This document shows, one piece after another, positions 47,447-59,000 of a DNA stretch of 64,000 nucleotides. Source of the DNA: Sedimentisphaeraceae bacterium JB056 (GTDB taxonomy: Bacteria; Planctomycetota; Phycisphaerae; Sedimentisphaerales; Sedimentisphaeraceae); assembly GCA_044440125.1 (NCBI GenBank), contig JBITAJ010000016.1, positions 23,618-87,617 on the forward strand, read 5' to 3'. How positions within the stretch are numbered: the stretch's first letter is position 1; each line of letters opens with the position of its first letter. The position numbers were made by a program, and so were the translations under genes. Under the pieces are notes generated by a model. It was not told where the DNA came from. It saw nothing but the letters and a program-made list of their open reading frames with translations, and did no database searches.

Positions 47447-48800
47447 ATACCCTTATTCACACATAAATCGCAGCCGTGGCGTTGCTTTGATATTTGCACT
47501 TATAATTCTGGCTGTTTTGGCAACGATGGCTTATTCGATTGTTTCTAAGCTCGTGGCAGTTAAACACCGTCAGAATTATATCCTGAATTATTACAAAGCC
47601 AAATATGCCTGTGATTCTGCGACTCGCTATGGTGTTGAGAAGGTTCAAAATGTTCAGTTTGGAGTTAAAAGTCGTGAGGGGATGCTTGATTTTTCTGATA
47701 TCTTTGCTCTTACTCAAGAACAATACGATGAAATGGTCTATGAGTGGATAGCCGAACTTGAGGATATTCGCTATGAGGAATTTATGATTTATCAGGATAA
47801 TCTTAATTCCGGAATGACCGCATCTGAAAGTGAACAGGAGGTTGATGAAGACACAGCCTTTCGTCTTGAGCTGCTTAATTCATTCGGGGTTGGTCCGGAT
47901 AATTATTTTGGTATAAATCTTGAAGGTGAATTTGTGCCGATTGACCCAAATGTTTTGTATATTCCAGGTCCCTATGGTGCGCAATGGCCTTATATTACAG
48001 AGCCATTGGAGATAGAGGTTGATGAGACTAAGGTAACTATTACAGTAGAAGATGAGAATGCAAAATTACCTCTTGTATGGGCATTGATGCAGGATAAGGG
48101 TTTGAGCATGGAAAAGGAAGCATGCTTTGAAACTTACTTTGAATGGATGGGGGTTGATGAATTTACCAGAGAGAAGCTTTGGGAGCAGTTCGATAAGACT
48201 GCTGAAATTAAAAATTTTGAAATTGGTATGAAACCTGCTACAATCGAGAAGAAAGAGGCGGTGAAGACGCGAACTGTCACAAGAGATGCATCGGGCAAAA
48301 GGAAATCTGTCTTCAAAACTCGGTATCGAACTCGAAAAGTGCCACGATCCGTTGCTGGAAACAATACTGACTTTTCCAGATTGATTGATTCGAATATAAA
48401 TACAGAGCTTCTTGCTCGTAATTTCTATGATTATGGGTATGCGGATCAGAATCCTCTGCGATTCTTGGGGCTTTGGGGCAGCGATAAAATTAATGTTAAT
48501 ACTGCTCCGAGGAATGTTCTTGAAGCCGCGTTTGTCTTTGGCGGTAAGGAAGTTGAACTTGCTGATGCAGTCATAATTGAACGGCAAATAACACCTTTTG
48601 AAGATATGGAAGATATGAAGCGAAGGCTTTACAGATTTTCAGGAAGCCTTGAAAAGCTTGAAGATATGGTTGTATTCGAGAGTGAGGTTTTTACTGTTAA
48701 GGTAGAAGCAGTTTCGGGTTCGGCAAGAGCAAGTTCTGTAACAGCTATACTTTATCAGGATAAGAAGTTTACCAAAATAACAACAGTTTATAATAACTGA
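47436..48800 (+). CDS. gspK: Minor pseudopilin GspK
   Basis: RG|VALIFAL (no E5), VEDENAKL, KINVNTAP. Confidence 0.88.
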   Translation: MRNKYPYSHINRSRGVALIFALIILAVLATMAYSIVSKLVAVKHRQNYILNYYKAKYACDSATRYGVEKVQNVQFGVKSREGMLDFSDIFALTQEQYDEMVYEWIAELEDIRYEEFMIYQDNLNSGMTASESEQEVDEDTAFRLELLNSFGVGPDNYFGINLEGEFVPIDPNVLYIPGPYGAQWPYITEPLEIEVDETKVTITVEDENAKLPLVWALMQDKGLSMEKEACFETYFEWMGVDEFTREKLWEQFDKTAEIKNFEIGMKPATIEKKEAVKTRTVTRDASGKRKSVFKTRYRTRKVPRSVAGNNTDFSRLIDSNINTELLARNFYDYGYADQNPLRFLGLWGSDKINVNTAPRNVLEAAFVFGGKEVELADAVIIERQITPFEDMEDMKRRLYRFSGSLEKLEDMVVFESEVFTVKVEAVSGSARASSVTAILYQDKKFTKITTVYNN

Positions 48801-50237
48801 TTGAAGGGATTAAAATTGAGTAAAAATTTAGGAATATACTTAAGCAGAGAAAGAGCGGTTGCTGCTGTTACCACTTCTTTAGGCGGTTCCTTGCAGATAC
48901 TTGAGTGTTTTACAGTAACTCTTGAAGCAAAAGCTGATCAGGATTGTCCGACATTAGCAGCTCAGATATCAGCTGAGCTTGCATCAAGAAGTGTAGAATT
49001 TGACAGTGTTTCAATTACTATAGACTGTACTCTTTACACTCAGCATGATGTTAATAGCCGCTTTACAGATCTTAAGCAGATCGCAAGAACCATCCGATTT
49101 GATGTTGAAGAGGTTATCGGTGATGATGCAAATCGTATGGCAATTGCTTTTTCAATAGTTAAGAATGTTGAGGATGGCTCTGTAGTTACAGTTTACTCTG
49201 CAATGAAAGATGAGCTCAGGTCTATCTTGAAAGATTTTCAAGATCATAATATTGACCCCGAAGTAATTGAGCCGGATTTGATATCTTTTTCAAGGGCTAT
49301 AAGTTACGTAATGAAAGATGACAGTGACCATTCGCCCATTTTTGTCGCTTTCAATGATACTATTTGTTACAATGCGATAATGAACAGCTCACACAGCAGG
49401 CCAGTGCTGCGAAGCTTTCTTTATGCCGAGAGTCTTGACAAGACTGCTCTCTTGAAAAGACAACTGAAGCTTACATTGGCAAGAAACAGTATTTCGGTTC
49501 CTGTTGATACCTTGTGTGTTCTCAATAAGGACGTTGACAGAGACCAGCTTGCCGCCGCATGCGATCTTCTCGTTCCATCGCCTGACGAGATGCTTAAGGA
49601 TGAAACAAGGCTTTTCGCTGATAGTACAGATGCGGATATTTCTCATGCTATTGCAGCGGCTGCTTCAATGGCCCCATTTTCTAAAAAACTTATCGATTTT
49701 AGGCAGGATTTTGCTCCTTATCAGGGAAAGAAAAGAATTGCTGAAATATCATTGAGAATGCTTACGCTCGCTTTGGCAATACTTATCTGTGTGTTTGCTT
49801 TTAATCATACAGTCGATATGCTTAAAATAAAGAGCAACATTGTAAAAGTTGAACAAAGAACAGAAGAAGAGTATTCCTCAGCGATGAAAGGCAAGAGTAT
49901 GCCTGATAAGGGAGTGCTTATTCTAAAAGGTGAAGTGAATAAACTGCGGAGGATAAACAGTGGAGAAGAAAGTGGTGATGATAATTCTATATCTTCAAGA
50001 CTGCAATATGTTCTTGAGGCTATCAACAGTACTCCGCCAGATATAAATCTTGAGATAAACTCAATAACTGTTTCTGAAGGTATGATGCGAATAGACGGCA
50101 GTACTAACAGTCGTGCAAATACACAAAAGATGCTTGCTGCTATCGATAATCATAAGAAACTTAAGCGGGCCCAGGAGTCGCTCCAACAGAACGGTGCGGT
50201 TGATTCGTTTAGTGTTAATATTGATTTTGTCAAATAA
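48801..50237 (+). CDS. gspL: GspL/PilM-PilN-like assembly protein
   Basis: Cytoplasmic domain, IDFRQD, one TM, periplasmic domain; gene order; start uncertain. Confidence 0.7.
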   Translation: MKGLKLSKNLGIYLSRERAVAAVTTSLGGSLQILECFTVTLEAKADQDCPTLAAQISAELASRSVEFDSVSITIDCTLYTQHDVNSRFTDLKQIARTIRFDVEEVIGDDANRMAIAFSIVKNVEDGSVVTVYSAMKDELRSILKDFQDHNIDPEVIEPDLISFSRAISYVMKDDSDHSPIFVAFNDTICYNAIMNSSHSRPVLRSFLYAESLDKTALLKRQLKLTLARNSISVPVDTLCVLNKDVDRDQLAAACDLLVPSPDEMLKDETRLFADSTDADISHAIAAAASMAPFSKKLIDFRQDFAPYQGKKRIAEISLRMLTLALAILICVFAFNHTVDMLKIKSNIVKVEQRTEEEYSSAMKGKSMPDKGVLILKGEVNKLRRINSGEESGDDNSISSRLQYVLEAINSTPPDINLEINSITVSEGMMRIDGSTNSRANTQKMLAAIDNHKKLKRAQESLQQNGAVDSFSVNIDFVK

Positions 50238-50248
50238 GTGAGGTATAT

Positions 50249-50764
50249 ATGCGTTTCAGTATTGATGATTTGTTAAAACGTCCAAATATTTATTTTGTGA
50301 TACTTCTGGCTGTTTCTTTTGTATGGATGGTGGTTGTATCATTTATAATGCTTCCGGCGGCGGTTTCTGATCAAACAAAAAAGATTTCAAATTCCAAGCA
50401 AGTAAGTGAGTACTGCGATCAGATATTTCAGCTTGATCCTGCCCGTCTCAACTATACGGAAATTCGTAATGATGTCGGGCGATTCAGTTATACAAGTGCT
50501 GTAGATAAGATTGCCGGCAAACATGGTATACGTCCATCTGATTATGACATACGTACCGAGCAGGTTAGGAAATACCGTGGAAATCAAACTCAAGGTGCAA
50601 CTGTTACTATAAAAGAGGTAAGTATAAAAAATGTTGCAGGTTTCCTTTCCGAGCTTCTTGAAATATGGCCTGATCTGGAATGTGAGAACATAAAACTTAC
50701 GAGCAATAAAGATAAGCCTGATGATTGGAAGATAACCATCAAGTTTACTTATAAACTTTCTTAA
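50249..50764 (+). CDS. gspM: GspM-like assembly protein
   Basis: N-terminal TM, small periplasmic domain, last gene of the gsp cluster. Confidence 0.6.
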   Translation: MRFSIDDLLKRPNIYFVILLAVSFVWMVVVSFIMLPAAVSDQTKKISNSKQVSEYCDQIFQLDPARLNYTEIRNDVGRFSYTSAVDKIAGKHGIRPSDYDIRTEQVRKYRGNQTQGATVTIKEVSIKNVAGFLSELLEIWPDLECENIKLTSNKDKPDDWKITIKFTYKLS

Positions 50765-50765
50765 T

Positions 50766-52772
50766 ATGACTGATTTCAGGATACAAAGCGAATACAAACC
50801 ATCTGGTGACCAGCCGGCCGCAATAGAGCGGCTGGTGAATGGGACTCTTGCCGGTAAACCTGCTCAGGTTCTTATGGGTGCTACCGGTACGGGAAAGACT
50901 TTTACGATGGCTAATGTCATTGAAAAGGTTAAAAAACCTACGCTTATCGTGTCGCATAACAAGACGCTGGCAGCTCAACTCTATGAGGAAATGAAAGAAC
51001 TTTTCCCTGATAATGCGGTAGAGTATTTTGTCAGCTATTATGATTATTATCAGCCTGAAGCCTACATACCCCAGCGAGATATCTATATAGAAAAGGATGC
51101 AAGCAGGAATGATGATCTTGACAGGTTGAGGCTATCGGCGACTACCAGTCTTCTTACACGAGAAGATGTTATTGTCGTTTCGAGTGTTTCCTGTATATAT
51201 GGACTAGGTTCTCCTGAAGATTACAAGAACAGTGTGGTTCCTGTTGCTGTTGGGCAGATGATGGATAGAGATGAGCTTCTTGGAGCTTTTGCCGACATCC
51301 AGTATGATAGAAATGATATCGATTTCTCACGCGGCAAATTTCGTGTTCGAGGTGATGTTGTTGAGATATGGCCCGGATATGAATCTTTTGGTGTAAGAAT
51401 AGAATTCTTTGGTGATGAGATTGATTCAATACAATACATAAATCCTGTTTCTGGTCAAATTTTGGCAGAGGATCAACAGGTATTTATTTATCCGGGCGTT
51501 CATTATATAATGCCGGCCGATAGAATAGAAGCTGCTGTAGAGTCGATTGAAACGGAGCTTGAAAAGCGTCTTGGGTGGTTTAGGCAAGAGGGCAAACTTC
51601 TGGAGGCTCAAAGACTTGAAGCACGAACAAGATATGATATAGAGATGATTCAGGAAGTTGGCTTTTGCAGCGGTATTGAGAACTATGCAAGGCATCTTAC
51701 CGGTCAGCCTGCCGGTTCAAGACCTTTTACTCTTATAGATTATTTCCCTGATGACTTCATGATGATTATTGATGAGTCGCACGTTACTATACCGCAGGTC
51801 AGGGCGATGTATGCCGGTGACAGAAGCCGCAAGAATGTACTTGTCGAACATGGCTTCAGGCTTCCAAGTGCTCTTGACAACCGACCATTGAGATTTGAAG
51901 AGTTCGAGAAATTTCTGAAGAATATCATATATGTATCCGCTACTCCTTCAGATTATGAGCTTGAGTCAACAGGTGGAGAGATAGTTGAACAGGTTATAAG
52001 ACCTACCGGCCTTGTCGATCCAGAGATTCATGTCTTTCCAGCAGCTGATCAAGTACCTCATTTGGTTGAAGAGATTAAGAAACGAGTTGCGAGCTCTGAA
52101 AGAATCTTAGTTACAGTACTTACTAAGAGGCTTGCGGAAGATTTGAGTAACTATTTTACAAATAATGATATTCGATGTCGCTATCTCCACAGCGAGATTG
52201 ATGCACTTGAACGAGTGGATATTCTTCGCGACCTGAGAAAAGGTGAGTTTGATGTACTGGTTGGCATAAATCTCCTGCGAGAGGGGCTTGATTTACCTGA
52301 AGTGTCACTTGTAGCCATTCTTGATGCAGATAAAGAGGGCTTTCTCCGAAGTGACACTGCTCTTATACAAACTATAGGACGCGCGGCAAGAAATGTCAAT
52401 GCTGCTGTATTTATGTATGGCGATAAAATTACTCCATCAATGCAGAGAGCTATTGACGAGACTGAAAGAAGGCGTAAAATACAGCTTGATTATAATAAAA
52501 AGCATAATATAACCCCTGAAACCATACGAAAAAGTATCAAGGCCGGATTGAGTGATATGTTCAAAGCCAGGAAAATCGCGCAGCAGGCGGTCAGTATGGA
52601 TGACAAGGAGTTCAGCAGAGCGGAGATGGTTGCTGAAATAGAAAGACAGATGCTGCAGGCAGCAGAGGATCTTGATTTTGAGAAGGCTGCTAAATTACGT
52701 GATAAACTGAAAGAATTGAATGCTATGCCGCAGCTTCGTGCGGTTAAGAAGAAACGTAAAAGGAAAAAATGA
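50766..52772 (+). CDS. uvrB: Excinuclease ABC subunit B
   Basis: [43 protein letters not shown]-terminal UVR domain. Confidence 0.99.
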   Translation: MTDFRIQSEYKPSGDQPAAIERLVNGTLAGKPAQVLMGATGTGKTFTMANVIEKVKKPTLIVSHNKTLAAQLYEEMKELFPDNAVEYFVSYYDYYQPEAYIPQRDIYIEKDASRNDDLDRLRLSATTSLLTREDVIVVSSVSCIYGLGSPEDYKNSVVPVAVGQMMDRDELLGAFADIQYDRNDIDFSRGKFRVRGDVVEIWPGYESFGVRIEFFGDEIDSIQYINPVSGQILAEDQQVFIYPGVHYIMPADRIEAAVESIETELEKRLGWFRQEGKLLEAQRLEARTRYDIEMIQEVGFCSGIENYARHLTGQPAGSRPFTLIDYFPDDFMMIIDESHVTIPQVRAMYAGDRSRKNVLVEHGFRLPSALDNRPLRFEEFEKFLKNIIYVSATPSDYELESTGGEIVEQVIRPTGLVDPEIHVFPAADQVPHLVEEIKKRVASSERILVTVLTKRLAEDLSNYFTNNDIRCRYLHSEIDALERVDILRDLRKGEFDVLVGINLLREGLDLPEVSLVAILDADKEGFLRSDTALIQTIGRAARNVNAAVFMYGDKITPSMQRAIDETERRRKIQLDYNKKHNITPETIRKSIKAGLSDMFKARKIAQQAVSMDDKEFSRAEMVAEIERQMLQAAEDLDFEKAAKLRDKLKELNAMPQLRAVKKKRKRKK

Positions 52773-53653
52773 TGGTAACAAAAGACATTAAACCTTTGGA
52801 TATATCAAAAGTAATGCCTCTGATAAAACTTGCGGTAGAGGAAGATTTTGGTGATGGTGATCCAACAAGCCGCATCACCATACCGCAGGACAAGGTAACT
52901 AAGACATTGCTCAGAAGCAGACAGGATATTGTTGTATGTGGTATGGCAATCGCCAGAGAAGTCTTGAAGTGTTATGATATGGACCTTCATATAGAAATAT
53001 TCAAAGCTGATGGAAGCAAGGCGCTTGAGGGAGACGTGATTGCTGAGATAAAGGGACCGCTTCGTCCGATGCTGAGTGCTGAGCGAGTGCTGCTTAACTT
53101 TCTCCAAAGGCTTAGCGGTGTGGCAACATTGACAAGCCGATATGTTAAAGAGGTTGAGGGTACCAAGGCCGGTATATATGATACTCGCAAGACTACTCCA
53201 GGTTGGCGTGAACTTGAAAAGTACGCGGTTCGCTGCGGAGGCGGATTTAATCATCGTTATAACTTAGGCGATGCCGTTATGCTTAAAGATAACCATTTCG
53301 CTCATTTGGGTGAAGACCATGCTGCTGAGCTTAAGAAATTTGTAGACCAGAGCCGAAGTACTCCGGGTGTTAAATTTGTTTCTGTTGAAGTAGATCATGT
53401 TGACTGGCAGCTTGATGTGGTGCTTAATGTTTCCGGTGTTGATATTATCCTGCTTGATAATATGACTGTTGATGAATATAAGCTTGCAGTTGATAAGAGG
53501 AATCTTGTTTGCGGCAGCAAGCCGCTGCTTGAAGCAAGTGGCGGAATAACACTTGATAATTTGCGTCAAATTGCATTGACTGGAGTTGAGCGTATTTCAA
53601 TAGGCGCTATAACACATGGTGCGAAAGCGGTTGATATTGGCCTTGATAAATAG
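52769..53653 (+). CDS. nadC: Quinolinate phosphoribosyltransferase
   Basis: [31 protein letters not shown]. Confidence 0.97.
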   Translation: MMVTKDIKPLDISKVMPLIKLAVEEDFGDGDPTSRITIPQDKVTKTLLRSRQDIVVCGMAIAREVLKCYDMDLHIEIFKADGSKALEGDVIAEIKGPLRPMLSAERVLLNFLQRLSGVATLTSRYVKEVEGTKAGIYDTRKTTPGWRELEKYAVRCGGGFNHRYNLGDAVMLKDNHFAHLGEDHAAELKKFVDQSRSTPGVKFVSVEVDHVDWQLDVVLNVSGVDIILLDNMTVDEYKLAVDKRNLVCGSKPLLEASGGITLDNLRQIALTGVERISIGAITHGAKAVDIGLDK

Positions 53654-53684
53654 ATTTTGGTTTCTTGAGGCAGGAGTAGTCTGT

Positions 53685-56027
53685 ATGGATATAAAGATAA
53701 AAAAACTGGGTATTATATTTCTGATTTTTTCAACTCTAGCTTTTGCAGATAAGCCGTGGAGAAATTACGAAGTATATCAACCAGAAATATTGCGATATTA
53801 TGTGGCTAATCCGGCGTTTCTTGAGTCGAAGTATAACGATTACAGCTCTATAATATGGTTCAAAGGCAACTGGTATTGTTTCTGGACGGGGCGTAATGAA
53901 GTTTCTGCACCGCCGTTGATATTTATGAGTGATAGTCAGGATGCGAAGAAATGGTCCATGCCGTCTGCGTGTTTTGTGGATGAAGAGATGGCTGTTGAAC
54001 CTGTTAGAGTTGCACAGTCAAGGCCAGTTGTTCTTGAGTGCAAAGAACTTTTATGGGTATTCTGGAACAGTATTGATTTTGAGTCGGGCAAAAGCAACGG
54101 TTCTTATATTTCCACTATTCCTATGCCGGGTGAGAAATGGAAAACAAAACAGATAATGTGGCAGGATAAGCCCCAGCCTGTTTTAGATGGTATAGAATAT
54201 ACTGTTGAGTTCACTTCTAATCCGATTGTGGCGATCAATGGTCGTATCATGGCGCCGGTGATACTTACGCCGGTTGATTCGGGGCAGAAGCATGCTTCGA
54301 TTATTTACAGTGATGATGCCGGTAACTCATGGGAAGTTTCTAAAAATGGAGTTGCTATTCCTTATGGTTCGGAACGTGCTGAGTCTGCTATATGGCAGGA
54401 ATATGGTTCAGAACGCAGTTTTTCTATGATAGTTTCGGCAGGTATTAAGCCAGAGGCTAAGAAATATGATGAGATTCCGGAAGATGCATCTGTCATGCTG
54501 TGGTCATCGACTGATGATATAGGAAGAACCTGGCCCAAACCGGATGAAATTCTTATGTCAAACATTCCCTCGGGGCTTAGCGTCGTGATGCCTTACGTCA
54601 ATAATGATTTGCCGCTTGAGGATGATCGTTCGATAATGATATTCAATGATTCGGTTTATCGCAGTAAAACTCTTCTCCGCGATCACAGTGGCCTTGCGAT
54701 GTTTTTTAATCGCGGCGGCGGTTTGGATTTTGTTGTAGGCAATACTGTGACAGCCGGTGAAACTTTCACTACTAATCCTAATATTGCAGTTCGTGACAAA
54801 AGACTGATTGTTTCTTATACCCAAGGTGTTCACGAAGCAGCTATAAAGGTAGCTCATATCTCTGATATTCCCGAGCGTGGGAAAAGTTATATATATCCAC
54901 GTTCACCTCGCTTTGATAATTCAAAGGCGCCTAAGCTGGTTAATCAGAGTTATTATCACTTTGAAGGAAATCAGCAAATAGCAACAGAGGATGATGTTAG
55001 GATAAACGAGAATGGTTTCAGTGGTGCGTTGTGGTTCAGGGGTGACTTTGAAGGTGTTATATTTGACAGCCGTGACAAAGAAAAGGGGACTGGGTTCGCC
55101 TGGGTGATTGAGCAGAATAAAGTCAAACTGATCTTACCTGGACTTGCTCCTTTTGTTGCAAAAAAAATAAATCAGGAATTCATATATTGGAGCTATATAG
55201 GATTCACTCTTGATGCGTTGCATGGTAAACTTGATTTTTACCTTAATGGTAAACTTGTTGAGACACAGGAGTATCCCAAAGAAATCTTAAAGAGAATATC
55301 TTCAGGTAAGGGATATATAGGAAATAGCGAATCAGAGGAAGGCTTTGCTGGTGATATTAAGTTTTTTGCCTTTTATGATGAAATGTTTACTGGAGCTGAG
55401 CACAGAAATATTTACAACAGTTTTGCCAGTCAGTTGCAGATGCCGTATTTACGCGGAGAGAGTAAGGTTCCTTCCGGGGCAGTATTTGAGCTTGATCCGG
55501 AAAAAAGCAGTCCTGACGGCAAACTTCAAGGCTTTGAGTTTACTGAATATAATAAGGATGGCACTGTAGAGCTTGATAATATTGCGGGTAGAAAACTGAT
55601 GCGTTTTCATGGGCAGGCTTGTGCCGGTCTTGATGTTGATACGAATGACAGACGTTACGGTGATTATCTGCAGGTTGAGTTTTCGTTTATGATTGAGAGT
55701 GAAGATCAGATGACTCTTTGCACTATAGGAGATTCAAAAGATCCTGTAAGGATTGTCTCACGTGACAATTGTCTTTATATGTCTCTTAGCGGCAATGAGC
55801 AGCTGGTCGGAGAGGTAAAGCCTGACAGGTGGCACACGATAGTGATATTCAGCGGCGGTACCATTACAAGGGCTAAGCTTGGCAATAACCGTTTCAGGCA
55901 GATATCTCATACACCGCAAGCTACCTGGATGTATCTTGGACAGGCCTTCAGGCAGGATAATCAGCCGGCTGATACTTCTTTCATTATTGATATTTCTACT
56001 GTAAGAACCAGAATAATCAGACAATAA
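53685..56027 (+). CDS. Secreted Asp-box (sialidase-fold-like) protein with LamG-like domain
   Basis: Signal peptide; YSDDAGNSWE, STDDIGRTWP; FYLNGKL..GYIG..FAGDI. Confidence 0.65.
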   Translation: MDIKIKKLGIIFLIFSTLAFADKPWRNYEVYQPEILRYYVANPAFLESKYNDYSSIIWFKGNWYCFWTGRNEVSAPPLIFMSDSQDAKKWSMPSACFVDEEMAVEPVRVAQSRPVVLECKELLWVFWNSIDFESGKSNGSYISTIPMPGEKWKTKQIMWQDKPQPVLDGIEYTVEFTSNPIVAINGRIMAPVILTPVDSGQKHASIIYSDDAGNSWEVSKNGVAIPYGSERAESAIWQEYGSERSFSMIVSAGIKPEAKKYDEIPEDASVMLWSSTDDIGRTWPKPDEILMSNIPSGLSVVMPYVNNDLPLEDDRSIMIFNDSVYRSKTLLRDHSGLAMFFNRGGGLDFVVGNTVTAGETFTTNPNIAVRDKRLIVSYTQGVHEAAIKVAHISDIPERGKSYIYPRSPRFDNSKAPKLVNQSYYHFEGNQQIATEDDVRINENGFSGALWFRGDFEGVIFDSRDKEKGTGFAWVIEQNKVKLILPGLAPFVAKKINQEFIYWSYIGFTLDALHGKLDFYLNGKLVETQEYPKEILKRISSGKGYIGNSESEEGFAGDIKFFAFYDEMFTGAEHRNIYNSFASQLQMPYLRGESKVPSGAVFELDPEKSSPDGKLQGFEFTEYNKDGTVELDNIAGRKLMRFHGQACAGLDVDTNDRRYGDYLQVEFSFMIESEDQMTLCTIGDSKDPVRIVSRDNCLYMSLSGNEQLVGEVKPDRWHTIVIFSGGTITRAKLGNNRFRQISHTPQATWMYLGQAFRQDNQPADTSFIIDISTVRTRIIRQ

Positions 56028-56063
56028 AAAAGACGGCATCTGTCAATAACGCAGATGCCGTCT
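56026..56063 (-). terminator. Intrinsic terminator between convergent genes
   Basis: AGACGGCATCTG-9 nt-CAGATGCCGTCT, U-tract on minus strand. Confidence 0.8.
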
Positions 56064-56088
56064 CAATTGCTTTTCTATATTACAAGAT

Positions 56089-59000
56089 TCAATATTTATA
56101 GAATTTCATCTCGCTGAGACCAATGTAAGGTTCTATGCCATGGTTGCTGTTTATGTCAAGATAGAACCACCTGGCAGTTATGTTAGTCAGGTCGATGATG
56201 TCCGGCATATTATAACTGGAATTGCTGCCATAATCGCTTCTTCCGGAAGCTTCGGTTAAGTTCAGGCTGCCTTGTGTACCGATAAGAGTCCAGTTTGAAG
56301 GATTGTTTGCTGGATCACCAGGATCACTGGCATTGTTCGAGTAGTATATGTCAACCTGATTGGCACCTCTACCTGTATAGCCGGTGTAATTGAAGTTCCA
56401 TATCTTGAGATAATACAAGTTTGAATATTCTTGACCAAGATCGACCTTGTACCATCCTGTTGAAGTATCGGCCATCCACATATAGCCATCAATAGAGTTA
56501 GTATGAGCATTGCCTGAGATACCAGAGCCATCAATAGCATATTCATCTTCTCTGTCACCCCATTGTGATACACCACTGGCGGAGCTTGTGATATTTGAAG
56601 ATGCTACATAGATAGGATCCGGCTCTTCTGTGACCTGCAGTTCACTGATGCCAAGATATGCGCTTCCGTGATTACTGTTAATGTCAAGCGAAATCCATCT
56701 TGCTGTTATGCCATAAAGATTGACAATGTCAGGCATGCTGTAACTTGTGTTCGAGCCGTAATCACTTCGTCCCGAGGCTTCAGTGAATGTCTGTGAACCC
56801 GCTGTGCCTACCAATGTCCAATTTGATGGATTATCTACCGGATTGCCCGGGTCACTCGCAGAGTTTGAGTAATAAACGTCGGCCTGATTAACGCCGCGAT
56901 CGGTATAACCATCCATATTGAAATTCCACAATTTCAAAGTACCAAGACTGTAGCTGCTTCCGAGATCCACCTTGAACCACCCTGTAGAAGTGTCATCCAT
57001 CCACATTGAGTAGTCACCATTGCCATTAGTGTGGTTTTGATCTGTGAGGCCATTACCATTTATGGCATAAACTGGGCTTCGATACCCGTATTGTGATGTA
57101 CCTGAAGCAGTTGCTGTAATATTTGATGGGTCTATAAGATATATACTTGGTCCCCAGGTAGTGAACGACCATATATTCCCGGGCCATATATCATTGCCGT
57201 TAATTTCATCAATAGCCCAATAATAAGTGGTTCCCTGATTAAGCGAAGATGGACTGAAAGTTGTCGTCGATTGTGTACCCTGAAATTCATCAGAGTTATG
57301 GTCTGCAACAGCAACGGCCTGTTCGCTTGTACCGAGATAAACATCGTGTCCGTTTGTGGCGGCGGCCATTGCTCCCGCGGTCCAACTCAGTGCCGTAGAA
57401 CTGGATACGGCAATTTCTCCGTCAGTTGGCGTAGGATTGTATGCCTGCTTGCTGCGTTCGTAAACCCTCACATAGTCCACGACCATGTTCTTGCCGTCGA
57501 GGTCGTCAGTTATATCGCCTGCCCATTCGTGTACGGCGCTGCTGAACTGAGCTGGTGTTGGGTCGTTAGGGTCTGCAGCAGTGGTTGTATGATTGAGAGT
57601 TCGTATAAGCTGGCCGTCAAAGTAGTATTTGAGCTCAGTATCAGTCCACTCAAGAGCATAGGTATGGAAGGCTGCTGACAGGTCAAGGCCGGTGTTGTAT
57701 GCCTGACCGTAAGCGATGTGCGTGCCGTCCCAGTTGTGCAGGTTAGTATTGATCTCACCTGTATAATGGCCTTCATTGATATCTATCTCAAAATCTCCCG
57801 GTGCGTATACCCAGAAGGCATTGTTTAGGCCTGTTTCGGCGGCATATTTGTATCTTGCTTCCCAGTAACCGTATTTTTGCTTGAAGCTGCGTGTCCATAC
57901 GTCTCCGGTTGTCCACTGTGCATCGCCGCGATTTTCCTTTATTGTGAGCATGTTCATGCAACCGCCATTGACAACGATATTTTCCGGCCAGCGGCTTGAA
58001 AGTATATGGCTTGGCGAAGCGCTTGAAGATTCCCACTTTGTCCAGTCCATTCCTGTACCGTTGAACTCATCGTGGAAGGTGAGTGTCCAGCCGGTCTTTT
58101 CGGGCAGATCAACAGTTGTGGTGAAGTTCCATACGTAGCCTGTCCATGGGCTTTGGACGTTGGTGGTGTTTATCTCATCTACTCTCCAGTAATAGGTTGT
58201 GGCATAGTCGAGGGTTGATGGTGTCCACGAGTTAGGATCGAAACGCCCCATGTATTCGCCGGAGCTTGTTGTTGCATTAAGGACGGCCGTGTAGCTGGTA
58301 CCGAAATAAACATCATGCCCCTGTGTTGCTGCGGCATAATCACCTGCTTCCCATGAAAGTGTAGGATTGAGACCAATGCCATCATAGATAGGGGAAGGCT
58401 TTCTTGCCTTTCCTTCATCGAATGTTGCTGTTACCGTTGTCTTGCCGCTGTTGGTTACATCGTAATCAATATTTAGAATACCGTCACCATCGTAGGCTGT
58501 GAGCCAACCGTTGGCCGCCCATATTTCGCATCTGCCTTGCCATTGCCCGTCTATTATTAATGTGCCGCCGCAGATGTCTATCGAGCCGGCTTTTTCAATT
58601 CCCGTGGTTGGGTCGTTGCTAAGGAATACACCGCCCGTGCCTACGTTCAATGTACCGCCCGATACGTTTACCTCACCGGTGCTGAAACTGGAGTGTGGGA
58701 CGTTGAGGGTGTTAACGTTTATCGTGCCGCCGCTTAAGTTGAGGGTTCCGGTTGAGTATTTGCTTCCGACATCTATGCTTTTGTATGTGCCGGTTGTGCC
58801 TACGTTCAGCGTGCCGCCGCTCATGTTCAGTATGCCGTGAACTGTTGAGGGCGATGCGTTATAGTTGCCAAGCCTGAGCAGATCGGTTACAGTTATGCTT
58901 GCGCTGCTGGTTATTGTCAGGGTTGCGGTGCCGCTGCCGTCTTTTCCAACGCCAATCCTGAATACATCGGGTACTGTAGTGTTGATTATCGGGTCCTGCT

